IMG/VR virus record: IMGVR_UViG_3300028888_000044
Location: 160,001-224,000 of that record
Reading direction: 5' to 3' (one strand)
Length of the DNA stretch: 64,000 nt
From: a virus
Taxonomy: Duplodnaviria; Heunggongvirae; Uroviricota; Caudoviricetes
The number at the start of each line of letters is the position of its first letter. The stretch's first letter is position 1. Of this stretch, positions 1 through 10,357 are shown piece by piece. Below the pieces are notes generated by a model. The model was not told where the DNA came from and ran no database searches. It saw only the letters and a program-made list of their open reading frames with translations. Position numbers and translations under genes: made by a program.

Positions 1-147
1 ATTAAATATCAAAAACATAAATTAAAAAAAATATTGGAAAATTTCGATGATTCGTTAAGTGAAATTGACAATATGAAAAATAATGGTTTCGCATTGATTT
101 ATGATTGCGGAACATATAAAATGAAAATTGTTTTAAATGAATTATAG
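1..147 (+). CDS. C-terminal end of a putative Hef-like free-standing homing endonuclease (partial, runs off the left edge)
   Basis: Frame +1 is open from base 1: IKYQKHKLKKILENFDDSLSEIDNMKNNGFALIYDCGTYKMKIVLNEL*. The QKHKL...FD..L.E..NM..NG...IYDCG pattern is one I recognise from T4-like Hef-type endonuclease C-termini. It overlaps the nrdG start. Confidence 0.5.
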   Translation: MKYQKHKLKKILENFDDSLSEIDNMKNNGFALIYDCGTYKMKIVLNEL

Positions 148-634
148 CGCAATAAAATATTTTTGTACGGTAAATGGTATTGGTTTATGCACTTCTTTAT
201 TTGTTTCTGGATGTGACTTGCATTGCAAGGGATGCTTCAACAGAGCTTCTTGGGATTTCAAGGCTGGTGCTGAATACACAGAAGATGTGCAAGAAAAGAT
301 ATTCAAGTCAATTGAACCAGAATATATATCACATTTAAGCATATTGGGAGGTGAGCCGTTGGCAGATGACAATCAAGATGCAGTATTGAAGATTGTCAAG
401 GATTTCAGAAAACGTTTCGGTAACAGCAAAAAGATTTGGATTTGGAGCGGATATTACCTTGATAAAATGACTGACAAACAGAAGGAAATAGTCTCTTACT
501 GTGACTATCTGATTGACGGTAGATGGGATGAAAACAATTACAAGCCGAATCTTATGTTCAGAGGCAGTACCAATCAGACAATTTGGGAGAACCACAATGG
601 AGAATTTGTTAGAAGCGAATTGAATGACAAGTGA
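137..634 (+). CDS. nrdG: Anaerobic ribonucleotide reductase activating protein (radical SAM)
   Basis: NG.G...SLFVSGCDLHCKGCFN (CxxxCxxC), SILGGEPL, IW.WSGY, DYLIDGR and FRGSTNQ are typical NrdG motifs. Confidence 0.95.
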   Translation: MNYSAIKYFCTVNGIGLCTSLFVSGCDLHCKGCFNRASWDFKAGAEYTEDVQEKIFKSIEPEYISHLSILGGEPLADDNQDAVLKIVKDFRKRFGNSKKIWIWSGYYLDKMTDKQKEIVSYCDYLIDGRWDENNYKPNLMFRGSTNQTIWENHNGEFVRSELNDK

Positions 635-693
635 AATTTACTCATATGGAAACTATACTGTTTATATTGAAATTTAGACAATGTTATATAATT

Positions 694-738
694 TGGCACC
701 AGTTTGGTAAAATAATTACCTACTGATGCCATTTTTTT
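694..738 (+). terminator. Putative intrinsic terminator after nrdG
   Basis: Imperfect stem TGGCACCAGT..GGTAA/TTACC..ACTGATGCCA followed by a T7 run. Confidence 0.6.
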
Positions 739-799
739 ATTGTTAACATATCTTTATGAAAATAAAAAAAGCATTATATTTTAAATAATCACAATACAA

Positions 800-807
800 A
801 TATTTAT
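800..807 (+). promoter_or_regulatory. ATATTTAT motif, putative phage late promoter for the baseplate operon
   Basis: Lies 18 nt before ATG 826. The same motif recurs upstream of other structural/head-protein units. Confidence 0.5.
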
Positions 808-825
808 TAATAAAACGTTTTGCAT

Positions 826-1215
826 ATGGCAAAAATACAATATGATGGTATAAAATATCCGTTTGAGAACAAGAACAATGAGAATTATCTGTTTGACTTG
901 AACACGACAATGCGAGAAAGCATTAGGAGTAGATTGCTGCATGTAATTTTCACCCCAAAGGGACAGAAGGTTCGAGACCCAGAGTTTGGTACAGACTTGA
1001 TAAGGCATATATTTGAGCAGAATGATACTCAAACTTGGTCTCAAATGACAGAGGAAATTTCTAGTGCGGTAAGCAAATATGTTCCAGATACTGTAGTAAA
1101 CAGTATCAAGATACTTCAGAATGAAGAGGATTCTTCAGTAGTGTTCGTAAGGATTGATTATTCTGTTAAGGAAGGGAATTTAGTGACAAATGACACAGTA
1201 ATAACAAAAATATAA
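826..1215 (+). CDS. Baseplate wedge protein, gp25/GPW-like
   Basis: GIKYPF...IRSRLLHVIFTPKGQKVRDPEFGTDLIRHIFE...ISSAVSKYVP is the gp25 signature. ATG at 826 is preferred over TTG 820. Confidence 0.9.
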   Translation: MAKIQYDGIKYPFENKNNENYLFDLNTTMRESIRSRLLHVIFTPKGQKVRDPEFGTDLIRHIFEQNDTQTWSQMTEEISSAVSKYVPDTVVNSIKILQNEEDSSVVFVRIDYSVKEGNLVTNDTVITKI

Positions 1216-1222
1216 TTAAGAG

Positions 1223-3208
1223 ATGGCAGAAAAAAGTATAAATTACCTTGCAAGGGATTTTGATGGTATAAAGGAAGAATTGATTAAATTCAGTCAAAAG
1301 TATTATCCGACATTAAGTACTTCATTCACAGATTCAAGCGTTGGCTCTTGGTTCATTGATTTGGTAAGTGCTGTAGGTGACGATTTATCCTATAGCATTG
1401 ATAGGGCATATCAAGAGAACAACGTGAATACTTCGCACCTTAGAAGCAGTGTATTGAACGTTGCTCGTTTAAATGGTGTAAAGGTTCCAGGTTCAAAGGC
1501 AAGTATGGTTGAGGTAGAATTGTCTTGTAAAATAGGAGTTAGTGGAAATACGCCATTATGGAGTGATTGCCCAGTTGTTAAGAGAGATACACAAGTTGGT
1601 AATGGAAGTATGGTGTTCGAGTTGACAGAAGATGTAAACTTTGCAGAACAGTTCAACAGTGATGGCTATTCCAATAGGAAGTATGAACCAAACAGAAACG
1701 CAAACGGAGCTATTACAAGCTATACTGTAAGCAAATCTGTTATGGCAATAGCTGGTAATTCAAAGGTATTCAAGAAGGTAATTACAAGCAACGAGCTTGA
1801 ACCATTTATGGAGGTAATATTACCAGATAAAGATGTTATGTGTGTTGACTCAATTATCTTCAAAGCAACAACTGGTTTAACATCAAATCCTAAAATATTT
1901 GAATATTTCATAGATGAGGAACAATATAGAATTACTGGTGATTTCGTTAACACATATAGATTCTTTGAAACTGATTCTCTTGCCGACTTGTACAGATATG
2001 GTACAGAAACAGATGGTAAAGACTGTTTGAGCGGTTCTAATGACGTATATGTAGATTATACAGAAACGTGGTCTATGAGCGGTGATAGTGAAAATGTTAG
2101 TACACGAAGCACAAGAGTATACAAGGGAAAGTGGAAGCCATTGACACAGAAGTTCATAACAGAATATACTGACAATGGATACTTGAAGATTATTTTTGGT
2201 GCTGGTAGTTATGATAAAATTCCAAGCGGAACAACCTATGCCGAATATAGAATGAGCAATATGGTAAATAATGCAATGCTTGGTGTATTGCCACAAGAAG
2301 GGTGGACAATGTATGTCCTTTATACAGTGAATGGTGGTGCAAGCACAAACATAGGTGTTGGCGCAATCAATTCAATAATGTATCTTGACATTGAATTCCC
2401 ATTGGGTACAATAAATTCTGCCAATGTAACAAAGTCAATGTCAGTTACCAACTTAAGCAATGCAATAGCTGGTAAAGACGCACCTTCGACAGAAGAGCTT
2501 AAGCATCTCATCAAGTACAATGTTGGCGCACAAAAGCGCTGTGTAACGTTGAATGACTACAAGGCTATGGTGGCAATGATGCCGCCTAAGTACGGCAGTC
2601 CTTTCAGATATAATGCTATTGAGGAAAACAACAAGGTCGTTCTTTCATTCTTGGGCTTGAATGCAGCAAAGAAGCTTGACACTTCTCTTCCAAGCCTTTT
2701 GGTTGACAACGTAAAGGAATATTTGAAGGGTTATAAGAATATAACTGATTATGTTGAAATTAGAAGCGGAAAGGTATACAACCTTGGTTTTGAAATAGAT
2801 GTTTATATAGACAAGAATTACACTACACAATTCGTAATCAAATCCATAATAGATACCATCAAGGACTATATGGATGTTGAAAACCACGTTATGGGTGACA
2901 ATTTCTTCATAGGTGACTTGGAGAAGGAGATAAACAAGATTGACGGTGTTATTGCATTAATTGATTTGAGAGTATATAACATTTGGGGAGGTATTTATGG
3001 GTCTAACGGAAAGTTCCCATTGTACTACTCGTCTGATTCTTGCGGACAGAAAGTTGTTGAAAGACTGATTACTACAAAGGATGAAAATGCAATTTGTGAC
3101 AGAATTGACATTGAGGCACTTGATGCAGTTTTGGAGAATGATTATGATTCTATGTTCGAAATTAAATTTCCAGAAAGTGATATTTCAATAAGAGCAAAAT
3201 TAAAATAA
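1223..3208 (+). CDS. Baseplate wedge subunit, T4 gp6/baseplate-J-like
   Basis: INYLARDFDGIKEELI...DSSVG...DDLSYSID N-terminus, LKIIFGAG, GG...N, GKD..STEELK...AQKRCVTLNDY; directly follows gp25. Confidence 0.9.
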   Translation: MAEKSINYLARDFDGIKEELIKFSQKYYPTLSTSFTDSSVGSWFIDLVSAVGDDLSYSIDRAYQENNVNTSHLRSSVLNVARLNGVKVPGSKASMVEVELSCKIGVSGNTPLWSDCPVVKRDTQVGNGSMVFELTEDVNFAEQFNSDGYSNRKYEPNRNANGAITSYTVSKSVMAIAGNSKVFKKVITSNELEPFMEVILPDKDVMCVDSIIFKATTGLTSNPKIFEYFIDEEQYRITGDFVNTYRFFETDSLADLYRYGTETDGKDCLSGSNDVYVDYTETWSMSGDSENVSTRSTRVYKGKWKPLTQKFITEYTDNGYLKIIFGAGSYDKIPSGTTYAEYRMSNMVNNAMLGVLPQEGWTMYVLYTVNGGASTNIGVGAINSIMYLDIEFPLGTINSANVTKSMSVTNLSNAIAGKDAPSTEELKHLIKYNVGAQKRCVTLNDYKAMVAMMPPKYGSPFRYNAIEENNKVVLSFLGLNAAKKLDTSLPSLLVDNVKEYLKGYKNITDYVEIRSGKVYNLGFEIDVYIDKNYTTQFVIKSIIDTIKDYMDVENHVMGDNFFIGDLEKEINKIDGVIALIDLRVYNIWGGIYGSNGKFPLYYSSDSCGQKVVERLITTKDENAICDRIDIEALDAVLENDYDSMFEIKFPESDISIRAKLK

Positions 3209-3223
3209 AAAAAATAGTTTCAA

Positions 3224-3535
3224 ATGGCTTGTAATTGTAAGACAATTGACAAAATAGGGAACCGTTTCAAGATAAGTGACGGTCATCATGAGAAAAAGGG
3301 TTGGTGGTACTACATCAAGGGTATCTTCAATGAAATAGTTGTGAATAGGTTGCTAAATGCCTTATTTTTGGCACTTGTATGCATTGTGGTAATGCCACTG
3401 TTGGCATTAATCATAGTGTTTACCCAAATTATACTTGGCAATGCTCGTGTCATATTTCCAGAGGGTATAATCAACAAAATAAAGGGCAAGACAAAGGCTA
3501 TACAAAATGAACAAGAGCTACAGAATACATACTAA
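3224..3535 (+). CDS. Small membrane protein with N-terminal CxC motif
   Basis: Starts MACNCK; long hydrophobic stretch LLNALFLALVCIVVMPLLALIIVFTQIILG. Confidence 0.7.
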   Translation: MACNCKTIDKIGNRFKISDGHHEKKGWWYYIKGIFNEIVVNRLLNALFLALVCIVVMPLLALIIVFTQIILGNARVIFPEGIINKIKGKTKAIQNEQELQNTY

Positions 3536-6500
3536 TATTGGTGACAATAAGGTTTTGAAGGTTAATATGAGTCAAGAATACGATTTTTTGGAAATCTTGA
3601 CAATGAAGATTGACCAAGAGGAAACATACAGAATAGACTCTTCCAATTATGGAATCATAGTTGGAAGGGTTCTTGCAAATGATGCATTCGGTATCCCAAA
3701 TGCAAAGGTTTCAGTGTTCATCCCAATATCTGATGAAGATTATGAGAATACTGAAATACGTTCCTTATACAACTATTTTGACACCACATCAAAGAATTAT
3801 GGAAACGTAAGATACAATCTGTTACCAGATTCTTCCAATGACGATTGTTATAGGGTTGTAGGAACATTCCCAAACAAAAGGCTTGTCTTGGATGACAACA
3901 CAACACTTGAGGTTTTTGATAAATACTACAAATATACTACAGTTACCAATAACTCTGGTGACTATATGATTTATGGCATACCAACTGGTAATACTCAACT
4001 TCACGTTGATATTGACTTGTCTGATATTGGTGTCCTTTCTCAAAAGCCAAGGGACTTTATGTACAAAGGTTATACCGAGACGCTTTTTGACAGTTCGGAA
4101 CAGTTCAAGGGAGGGACAAACCTTGACGATATTGCCCAAATAATCAGTCAAGACCAAGGTGTATATGTCTATCCGTTTTACAGTGACGAGGAAAGCACTG
4201 ATGTCGGTATAACTAGATGTGACATACAAGTGCAATACAAGTTTGAGCCGACTTGTGTGTTTTTCGGTTCAATTATCAGCGATAGCTACGGAAACAATAT
4301 ACAGCCAACTTGTACCCCTAATGCAAATATAGGACGAAATAAGGAGCTTATATGCGGTGACGGTACTATTGAAATGATTCGAAAGACAACAGATGGTTTG
4401 GTTGAAGAATACCAGATTCAAGGAAACCAACTTATAGACGGTGATGGCGTTTGGTGTTATCAGATACCAATGAATCTTGATTATGTTGGTATGGATGAAT
4501 ATGGTAACATAGTTGCGACAGACAACCCTAACAAGGGTATACCAACAAGGACAAGGGTTAGGTTCAGATTCAGTATGGTTGAATCTGAAAATGATGCAAT
4601 GTCAAGACATAGAGCAAAATATCTTGTACCTAACAATCCACAAATAGAGCCAAATGAGAATATGCCATCCATTAGTGACTGTTCGTCTTTTGACAAGCAT
4701 TATGAATTCGGCTCATCAACACTTGAAGAAGATTTTAGGGACTTGTATTGGAACAAGGTATATTCTGTAAAGAACTATATTCCAAGACTTCAAACCATCA
4801 AGAAGGTAAAGACAAAAAACTATAGCGGTATACGTTCAGTAAATACATATGAAAGCAAAAATCCTTTCCCTTACAACAAGGTTAGATTCTATCTTCCATT
4901 TGCATTTAGAATGCTTTGTATCATAATCAAGATTTTGATAGGCACAATTATGATTATCAATGCATTAATGTGTACAATATCATTTATGCTTGATACTGTC
5001 CTTTGTATATGGATTCCACTTCCATTTGTCAAGGACATCCGTATATGCCCTTTGAAGCCTTTAAAGAAATATTTGACTTGTATACCATTTGCTGGCGGTT
5101 TGACTGACTCTGACAATACAAATGTCGCATACTATCCAGGTTGTTGGTGTGATAACTATGGAAATTGTCCAGATGATATGGAAGGTTGCTCGAAGAGTAC
5201 AAGTATGGGTTCGCTTTATGATGTTATTGAACAGTCGTTGGCACAAGAGTATGATATTATTCACTTGGACTTTTACAACGATTGGGTTAATGGCACACTA
5301 TACATGCCTCTTTGGCATTGGAAGAAGACCAAGAAAAAGTCATATTTCTTCGGATTGTTCAGAAAGAGAGCAAAGAACATATATTGTGATTGTGACAAGC
5401 AGTGGAACAGATTGAGACTTATGGACAGTTGTACTATGAATTACACTGGTGCAACAAATGACAATGGTGATACTTGGCATCATAGCAAGCGTGAATACTA
5501 CACCAAATGGGGTATGATTAAGAATATCGTCAACAAGGATGGCTTGAATATATACTACTATTCATCTGGTGTTATTGTTGACCCTAAGCCAACGGAGAAT
5601 CCACCTATCGGAAAATACAAGGAATTTGCAAGATACTTTGCTACAGATATTATATTGTTGGGTTCGTTCAACAGTTGTGATACAGAAGGTCTGCCACAAC
5701 CATATAGAGGACTTCCTTCAACTACATCAAGTATTCCAGCAATCACAACTACGGTTCAACCTTTTGTTGATGAAGAAAGTACAAGTACTGAAGGTACTAC
5801 AGAGGAAGAAGGTGATGTAGAAGTAACTGGTATGGATTGGCTTCATGGACCAGAAAGGCAAGCGCCTTATTTTGGACGTGGCTTGCTAATGAGTATGGAC
5901 TGTAGGGCAATATATACAAAACCAAAGTCTTGCGTAAACATCAGTAGATTAAGTGAATTGGGCGTTAACTATGATATGTCATATACAGATGTATATGCAA
6001 ATAATGGCAATACTGCGACAACAAATGTAATAGCAGATGGTGTCATTACAAAGACAGAACTTGATGATTATGAAACAAGAGCAATGTTTGCCACACTTAA
6101 TCATAGGGGCTTGACTCAAATGAAGACAGACCCATCGACTGGTTATAAGATATATGATTTCAGATATTTGTACCCAGTAGATTTTGACGGTAGGCAAAAT
6201 GACAATATATTAAGAAGATACAAGATAGATACTCACGATTATGCAGATGAGGATTATCTATTGTTCAGATTTGGACCAGATTGGGAACACGACAAATATG
6301 GACACCCAACTGATAAGCGAGAAGATAGAGTAACGCACAATTACACTACTAATGACAAACCAAGTTCTACAAAGGATAACAACTTCTTCCCATACTATAA
6401 CAACTCATTCTATTTCTATTTCGGATTGAACGAGGGTAAGACTGCCATTGACAAGTTCAGAAACAAATTTACTGCAACTTGTTCTAAAAACGTGAAATAT

Positions 6501-9500
6501 CCGTTTACAATAGATGTTGACAAGGTAGTCCCAAAATGGTGTATGTATGACGCTAGCACTAATCGCAGTAGTGAAAGCGGCAGTACTATTGACCCAAAGA
6601 AATGCGGTGTGATTGACATAAATCTCCCAAATATCAAGACACCTTATTCTTATGTGCTGTCAACACAAGAGACGAGTGATGTAATAATCAAGGAGAGCAA
6701 TGTTAAATTGCATAGATTGATATTTGGTGTGTCATTGACAGACAACGAGACTTATGAGCATCCTAATGATACTCCAGAGCATTTGATTGGTGATGACAGA
6801 TATTATCAGACAAGTGACGGTAAGTTCTATATTAAGGATGGTAAGGTACACGCATTCAAGGATTATCCAATGATAGTCAAGGAAAATACTGATTCTTCTT
6901 CAGATAGTATATATTATCTTGAGAGCGGTGATAGCGAAAACAATTTCTATATCCATAACGGTAGTTATAATCTGACTATTACAGATGTAAATGGAAAGAC
7001 AGAAAAGGTTTCAATCAGCTTGTCACAACAACCAATCAACATTCAATATGAAAATGACAAGTTGGGTGTTAAGTTCATTCCAAAGTTATCTGACACTGAA
7101 ATAGAGGAATATACAACGTTTGATAATATATATGAGAACGGAAATTACGGTGAAATAAAGGTAAGCGGTGTCACAATAGATGGTGATGAATACAAGATAA
7201 TCGATTGTACGCTTGAAAATGTACACATTGGAACAGATGATGCTCCATCTTATGAGGAATATAAATTGCAGTTGGAAAGCAAGGATGGTAGTACAGACCA
7301 AAGGTACGATGTCCAATTAAAGGTTTATGTAACTGAACTTGAATTCCATAATGATGTGAGATTTACTGCTTTAACTAACAGTGAAACATTCATCAATATT
7401 GCTTGCCAAAGCTCAATACCAACTAACTTGCCTTATAATTTGTCAACACCAATTCAATACACTAGTACTAGTATAACATCAAATGTTGATGTTGTTGGTT
7501 TTGAAGATATGACAATTGGTGATGAGACAGCAAAAGTATTGTATTTTTATCCTTGTGTACCAGGCAGATACACGTTTGTCTTTACACAATACTGTAATGG
7601 TAGTCCTAACGATAATGTAAGCACAATGCCAATGACCATACATAATGGTGATATGTTCGATGCACTTATTAATGATGTTCCTATCAGAACAATAAATGCA
7701 AGAGACGATGAAACTTGGTGGTATAGGACAGATAATCCATCTGGTTATACTTTCCCACACATCAATGAGAACGAAACCTTATGGTCTGAATACATTAATT
7801 ACAGCAAATACATCGAAGGAGGTGAGGAAGAAGGAGAAGAACTTACAGAATATGCTGATTCAAGGACTAGAACCAATGCTTTGCTGTTCAAGTTCAAGTC
7901 TATTTTCAATTTGAGCAAGGCGGTGAAATTTACTGATGATGGAAATAACTCGTTCAGTTTCACTATAAATGGTGGAAAGAATACGGTTGCACAAGTATAT
8001 TATCCAACATTCAATGAATTTGGTGAACTTGTGTTCAAGGACACAAAGAATGTTTCCCAAGCAATCAATCTAAACAGCTCAATGCTTAACAAGTGGACTC
8101 TTGATACGAAGCCATCAGTAAGTTGTGATTCTTCACATCCAAATGTGATTTCATATAATTACAAGGCATATTTCTATTCAAACCAAGCAAACAGTGGTTT
8201 GATTAACCAAAACTATAACAAGTACTATATTGATGGAGATACTGTTGGTAATATACCTAGCTATGGTGGTTTATCCAATTTCAACAAGTCTGACTTGATG
8301 CCTTTTGCTACTGTATTACGAACTGTTGATGGATATGGTTTGAATGGATATGAGCCATATAGCTTTAATCCTTTGATTAATACGACAAAAAACAATACAA
8401 TCAATTATTTTGTTGCATTTACAAATAACGCTGGTTTAGACGGTACAAAATTTGAGAGCATACCTTCAAATTCAAGCCCAATTGCTTCGGGCAACAAGCT
8501 TATTACCTTTGAGGCAAAAAATACAGCACCTTCAAATTATTATCAGCAAGTAAACAATTGGTTCAAGTATTATTTTGTGGACAGTAGGATGGGCTTTAGA
8601 GGTGTTGTTATGACATCAACCCCATCGTTGGAACAATATACTGACGATAGCAACCAAGTTGTTTTGAAGGGTAGACTTACCTTACAGACAATCGGTGGTA
8701 TGGAAATGGCCTATATGGATAGTTCAATTGATGATACAGTACCAGTTAATATGAATGTCATACAAAAACTTGGTGAGGATGATGAATTCAAATATGAATA
8801 CGGATATAGTGCAAGCTGTATTAACCCAAGTGAAGAGGATGCCGTAATAGTTCAGAATAATGGTGAAGATGTACACAAATGCCTTTATACGGCATCGCTT
8901 GCAACAAATGAGACAACTTGTGACTTTCGTTATGCAATGGTTAATTCACAGCTTCCATTAAATGACAATTATAACGTTATATATACGGACGAGCATAGGG
9001 AGCAGCACATATATAGCTATGAAGATGGTTATACTGGTGATACTTCGTATTCTGGTGTAGGTATGAACAATCGCATATCAAATATTGTAAGCGCGTTCAC
9101 AAATGGCTATTCTGATTATCCAATTAGAAGATATACAGACATTGTAGGGCAAGATATTAAAGGTAACGTTAAGCTGACACTTGAGAGCACAAGCTTTGAC
9201 ATTAGACCTACAGTGCAATATGATGACTTCGATTCATCATATTCGGCAGCTACCATTATTGGTACAACATCGCCAACAGATACAATAGAATTGGATTTTG
9301 ACTGCACTAATATATACAAGAGAGCAACAAACAGCATTGACACTTGTATTGAGACTGGAAACTTTGATGTGCTTTGTGACAGTCGTAACGGAGGAACAGC
9401 AACAGCACCAATAATATATTGCTTTCCTCATTATTGCAGACTTTCATTCAGTTATGGTACAGATGACGCTGTTGACTCGTCAGTATTTGCCTATAACACC

Positions 9501-10355
9501 TACAGACCTTTTATCATTAAGTTCAGTGGTATTACTGCTGCAAGTGATATGATTAACTGTATCACTTCCATTAAATTTGGGAATAGAAGCGGTGATTATT
9601 CTCCATATGATACATATGAATACGTATTGAATCAATATAGTTCTCAAATTATGAAGATGAAGGGTATAACCGAAGGTGTTGAAGATTATATTTGGGGATT
9701 GGATGAAACAGACAACAAGTACTACAAGAACCTTTATACGGCAGAGTCACCAAACAGTGCATTAACATATCCAGACAACTCGACAGAATTGTCAATGGTT
9801 AAATTGTATTTGGAGCCAAATGCCGTTATTAACGGCAATATGTGGACATATACCGAAGATAAGGCTTATAAATACAATTTGGCTTGTACAATTGATGGCA
9901 ACAATTTCTTTGTTTTTGGCGGTAGGGAATATTACCAAATTTATAATGAATGTATGATTGAGAGGGACTTGAGGCTGTTTGATTGCAGCCAAGCCTATAT
10001 TTTCCCACGACAGATAACATTGAGCGGCTTTACGTCATCTGCAACAACTGATGGTCAAACGATAGACTTTGATGTATCTTTCAATATAAGTGGAATATCA
10101 ATCAATAATGGGTCTTTTGAAGTAGGTTTTAAGGCTTGGAATATTAACGGTTCTACCCCAATTGCCGAGCAAGATTTAACCCAAAGCTATGCAATACCAT
10201 CAAGTGATAATACGAATGCCAATGTGCATGCCAAGGGAATTATAGTACACAATGACATCAATATAACACTCCAATTCTTCTTTAGGAACGGTGATGGTCT
10301 TGTTTATGGAACTTCTTTTAAGATAAATGTTAGAACTGGTCAAATACCAACATAA
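3507..10355 (+). CDS. Very large virion (baseplate/tail-associated) protein, 2282 aa
   Basis: Long ORF in the baseplate operon. N-terminal beta-sandwich-like segment (GIIVGRVLAND..GIPNAKVSVF...TN.SGDYMIYGIP.G), a Cys-rich hydrophobic segment near aa 465-515, and a variable beta-rich C-terminus. Confidence 0.7.
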   Translation: MNKSYRIHTNIGDNKVLKVNMSQEYDFLEILTMKIDQEETYRIDSSNYGIIVGRVLANDAFGIPNAKVSVFIPISDEDYENTEIRSLYNYFDTTSKNYGNVRYNLLPDSSNDDCYRVVGTFPNKRLVLDDNTTLEVFDKYYKYTTVTNNSGDYMIYGIPTGNTQLHVDIDLSDIGVLSQKPRDFMYKGYTETLFDSSEQFKGGTNLDDIAQIISQDQGVYVYPFYSDEESTDVGITRCDIQVQYKFEPTCVFFGSIISDSYGNNIQPTCTPNANIGRNKELICGDGTIEMIRKTTDGLVEEYQIQGNQLIDGDGVWCYQIPMNLDYVGMDEYGNIVATDNPNKGIPTRTRVRFRFSMVESENDAMSRHRAKYLVPNNPQIEPNENMPSISDCSSFDKHYEFGSSTLEEDFRDLYWNKVYSVKNYIPRLQTIKKVKTKNYSGIRSVNTYESKNPFPYNKVRFYLPFAFRMLCIIIKILIGTIMIINALMCTISFMLDTVLCIWIPLPFVKDIRICPLKPLKKYLTCIPFAGGLTDSDNTNVAYYPGCWCDNYGNCPDDMEGCSKSTSMGSLYDVIEQSLAQEYDIIHLDFYNDWVNGTLYMPLWHWKKTKKKSYFFGLFRKRAKNIYCDCDKQWNRLRLMDSCTMNYTGATNDNGDTWHHSKREYYTKWGMIKNIVNKDGLNIYYYSSGVIVDPKPTENPPIGKYKEFARYFATDIILLGSFNSCDTEGLPQPYRGLPSTTSSIPAITTTVQPFVDEESTSTEGTTEEEGDVEVTGMDWLHGPERQAPYFGRGLLMSMDCRAIYTKPKSCVNISRLSELGVNYDMSYTDVYANNGNTATTNVIADGVITKTELDDYETRAMFATLNHRGLTQMKTDPSTGYKIYDFRYLYPVDFDGRQNDNILRRYKIDTHDYADEDYLLFRFGPDWEHDKYGHPTDKREDRVTHNYTTNDKPSSTKDNNFFPYYNNSFYFYFGLNEGKTAIDKFRNKFTATCSKNVKYPFTIDVDKVVPKWCMYDASTNRSSESGSTIDPKKCGVIDINLPNIKTPYSYVLSTQETSDVIIKESNVKLHRLIFGVSLTDNETYEHPNDTPEHLIGDDRYYQTSDGKFYIKDGKVHAFKDYPMIVKENTDSSSDSIYYLESGDSENNFYIHNGSYNLTITDVNGKTEKVSISLSQQPINIQYENDKLGVKFIPKLSDTEIEEYTTFDNIYENGNYGEIKVSGVTIDGDEYKIIDCTLENVHIGTDDAPSYEEYKLQLESKDGSTDQRYDVQLKVYVTELEFHNDVRFTALTNSETFINIACQSSIPTNLPYNLSTPIQYTSTSITSNVDVVGFEDMTIGDETAKVLYFYPCVPGRYTFVFTQYCNGSPNDNVSTMPMTIHNGDMFDALINDVPIRTINARDDETWWYRTDNPSGYTFPHINENETLWSEYINYSKYIEGGEEEGEELTEYADSRTRTNALLFKFKSIFNLSKAVKFTDDGNNSFSFTINGGKNTVAQVYYPTFNEFGELVFKDTKNVSQAINLNSSMLNKWTLDTKPSVSCDSSHPNVISYNYKAYFYSNQANSGLINQNYNKYYIDGDTVGNIPSYGGLSNFNKSDLMPFATVLRTVDGYGLNGYEPYSFNPLINTTKNNTINYFVAFTNNAGLDGTKFESIPSNSSPIASGNKLITFEAKNTAPSNYYQQVNNWFKYYFVDSRMGFRGVVMTSTPSLEQYTDDSNQVVLKGRLTLQTIGGMEMAYMDSSIDDTVPVNMNVIQKLGEDDEFKYEYGYSASCINPSEEDAVIVQNNGEDVHKCLYTASLATNETTCDFRYAMVNSQLPLNDNYNVIYTDEHREQHIYSYEDGYTGDTSYSGVGMNNRISNIVSAFTNGYSDYPIRRYTDIVGQDIKGNVKLTLESTSFDIRPTVQYDDFDSSYSAATIIGTTSPTDTIELDFDCTNIYKRATNSIDTCIETGNFDVLCDSRNGGTATAPIIYCFPHYCRLSFSYGTDDAVDSSVFAYNTYRPFIIKFSGITAASDMINCITSIKFGNRSGDYSPYDTYEYVLNQYSSQIMKMKGITEGVEDYIWGLDETDNKYYKNLYTAESPNSALTYPDNSTELSMVKLYLEPNAVINGNMWTYTEDKAYKYNLACTIDGNNFFVFGGREYYQIYNECMIERDLRLFDCSQAYIFPRQITLSGFTSSATTDGQTIDFDVSFNISGISINNGSFEVGFKAWNINGSTPIAEQDLTQSYAIPSSDNTNANVHAKGIIVHNDINITLQFFFRNGDGLVYGTSFKINVRTGQIPT

Positions 10356-10357
10356 AT

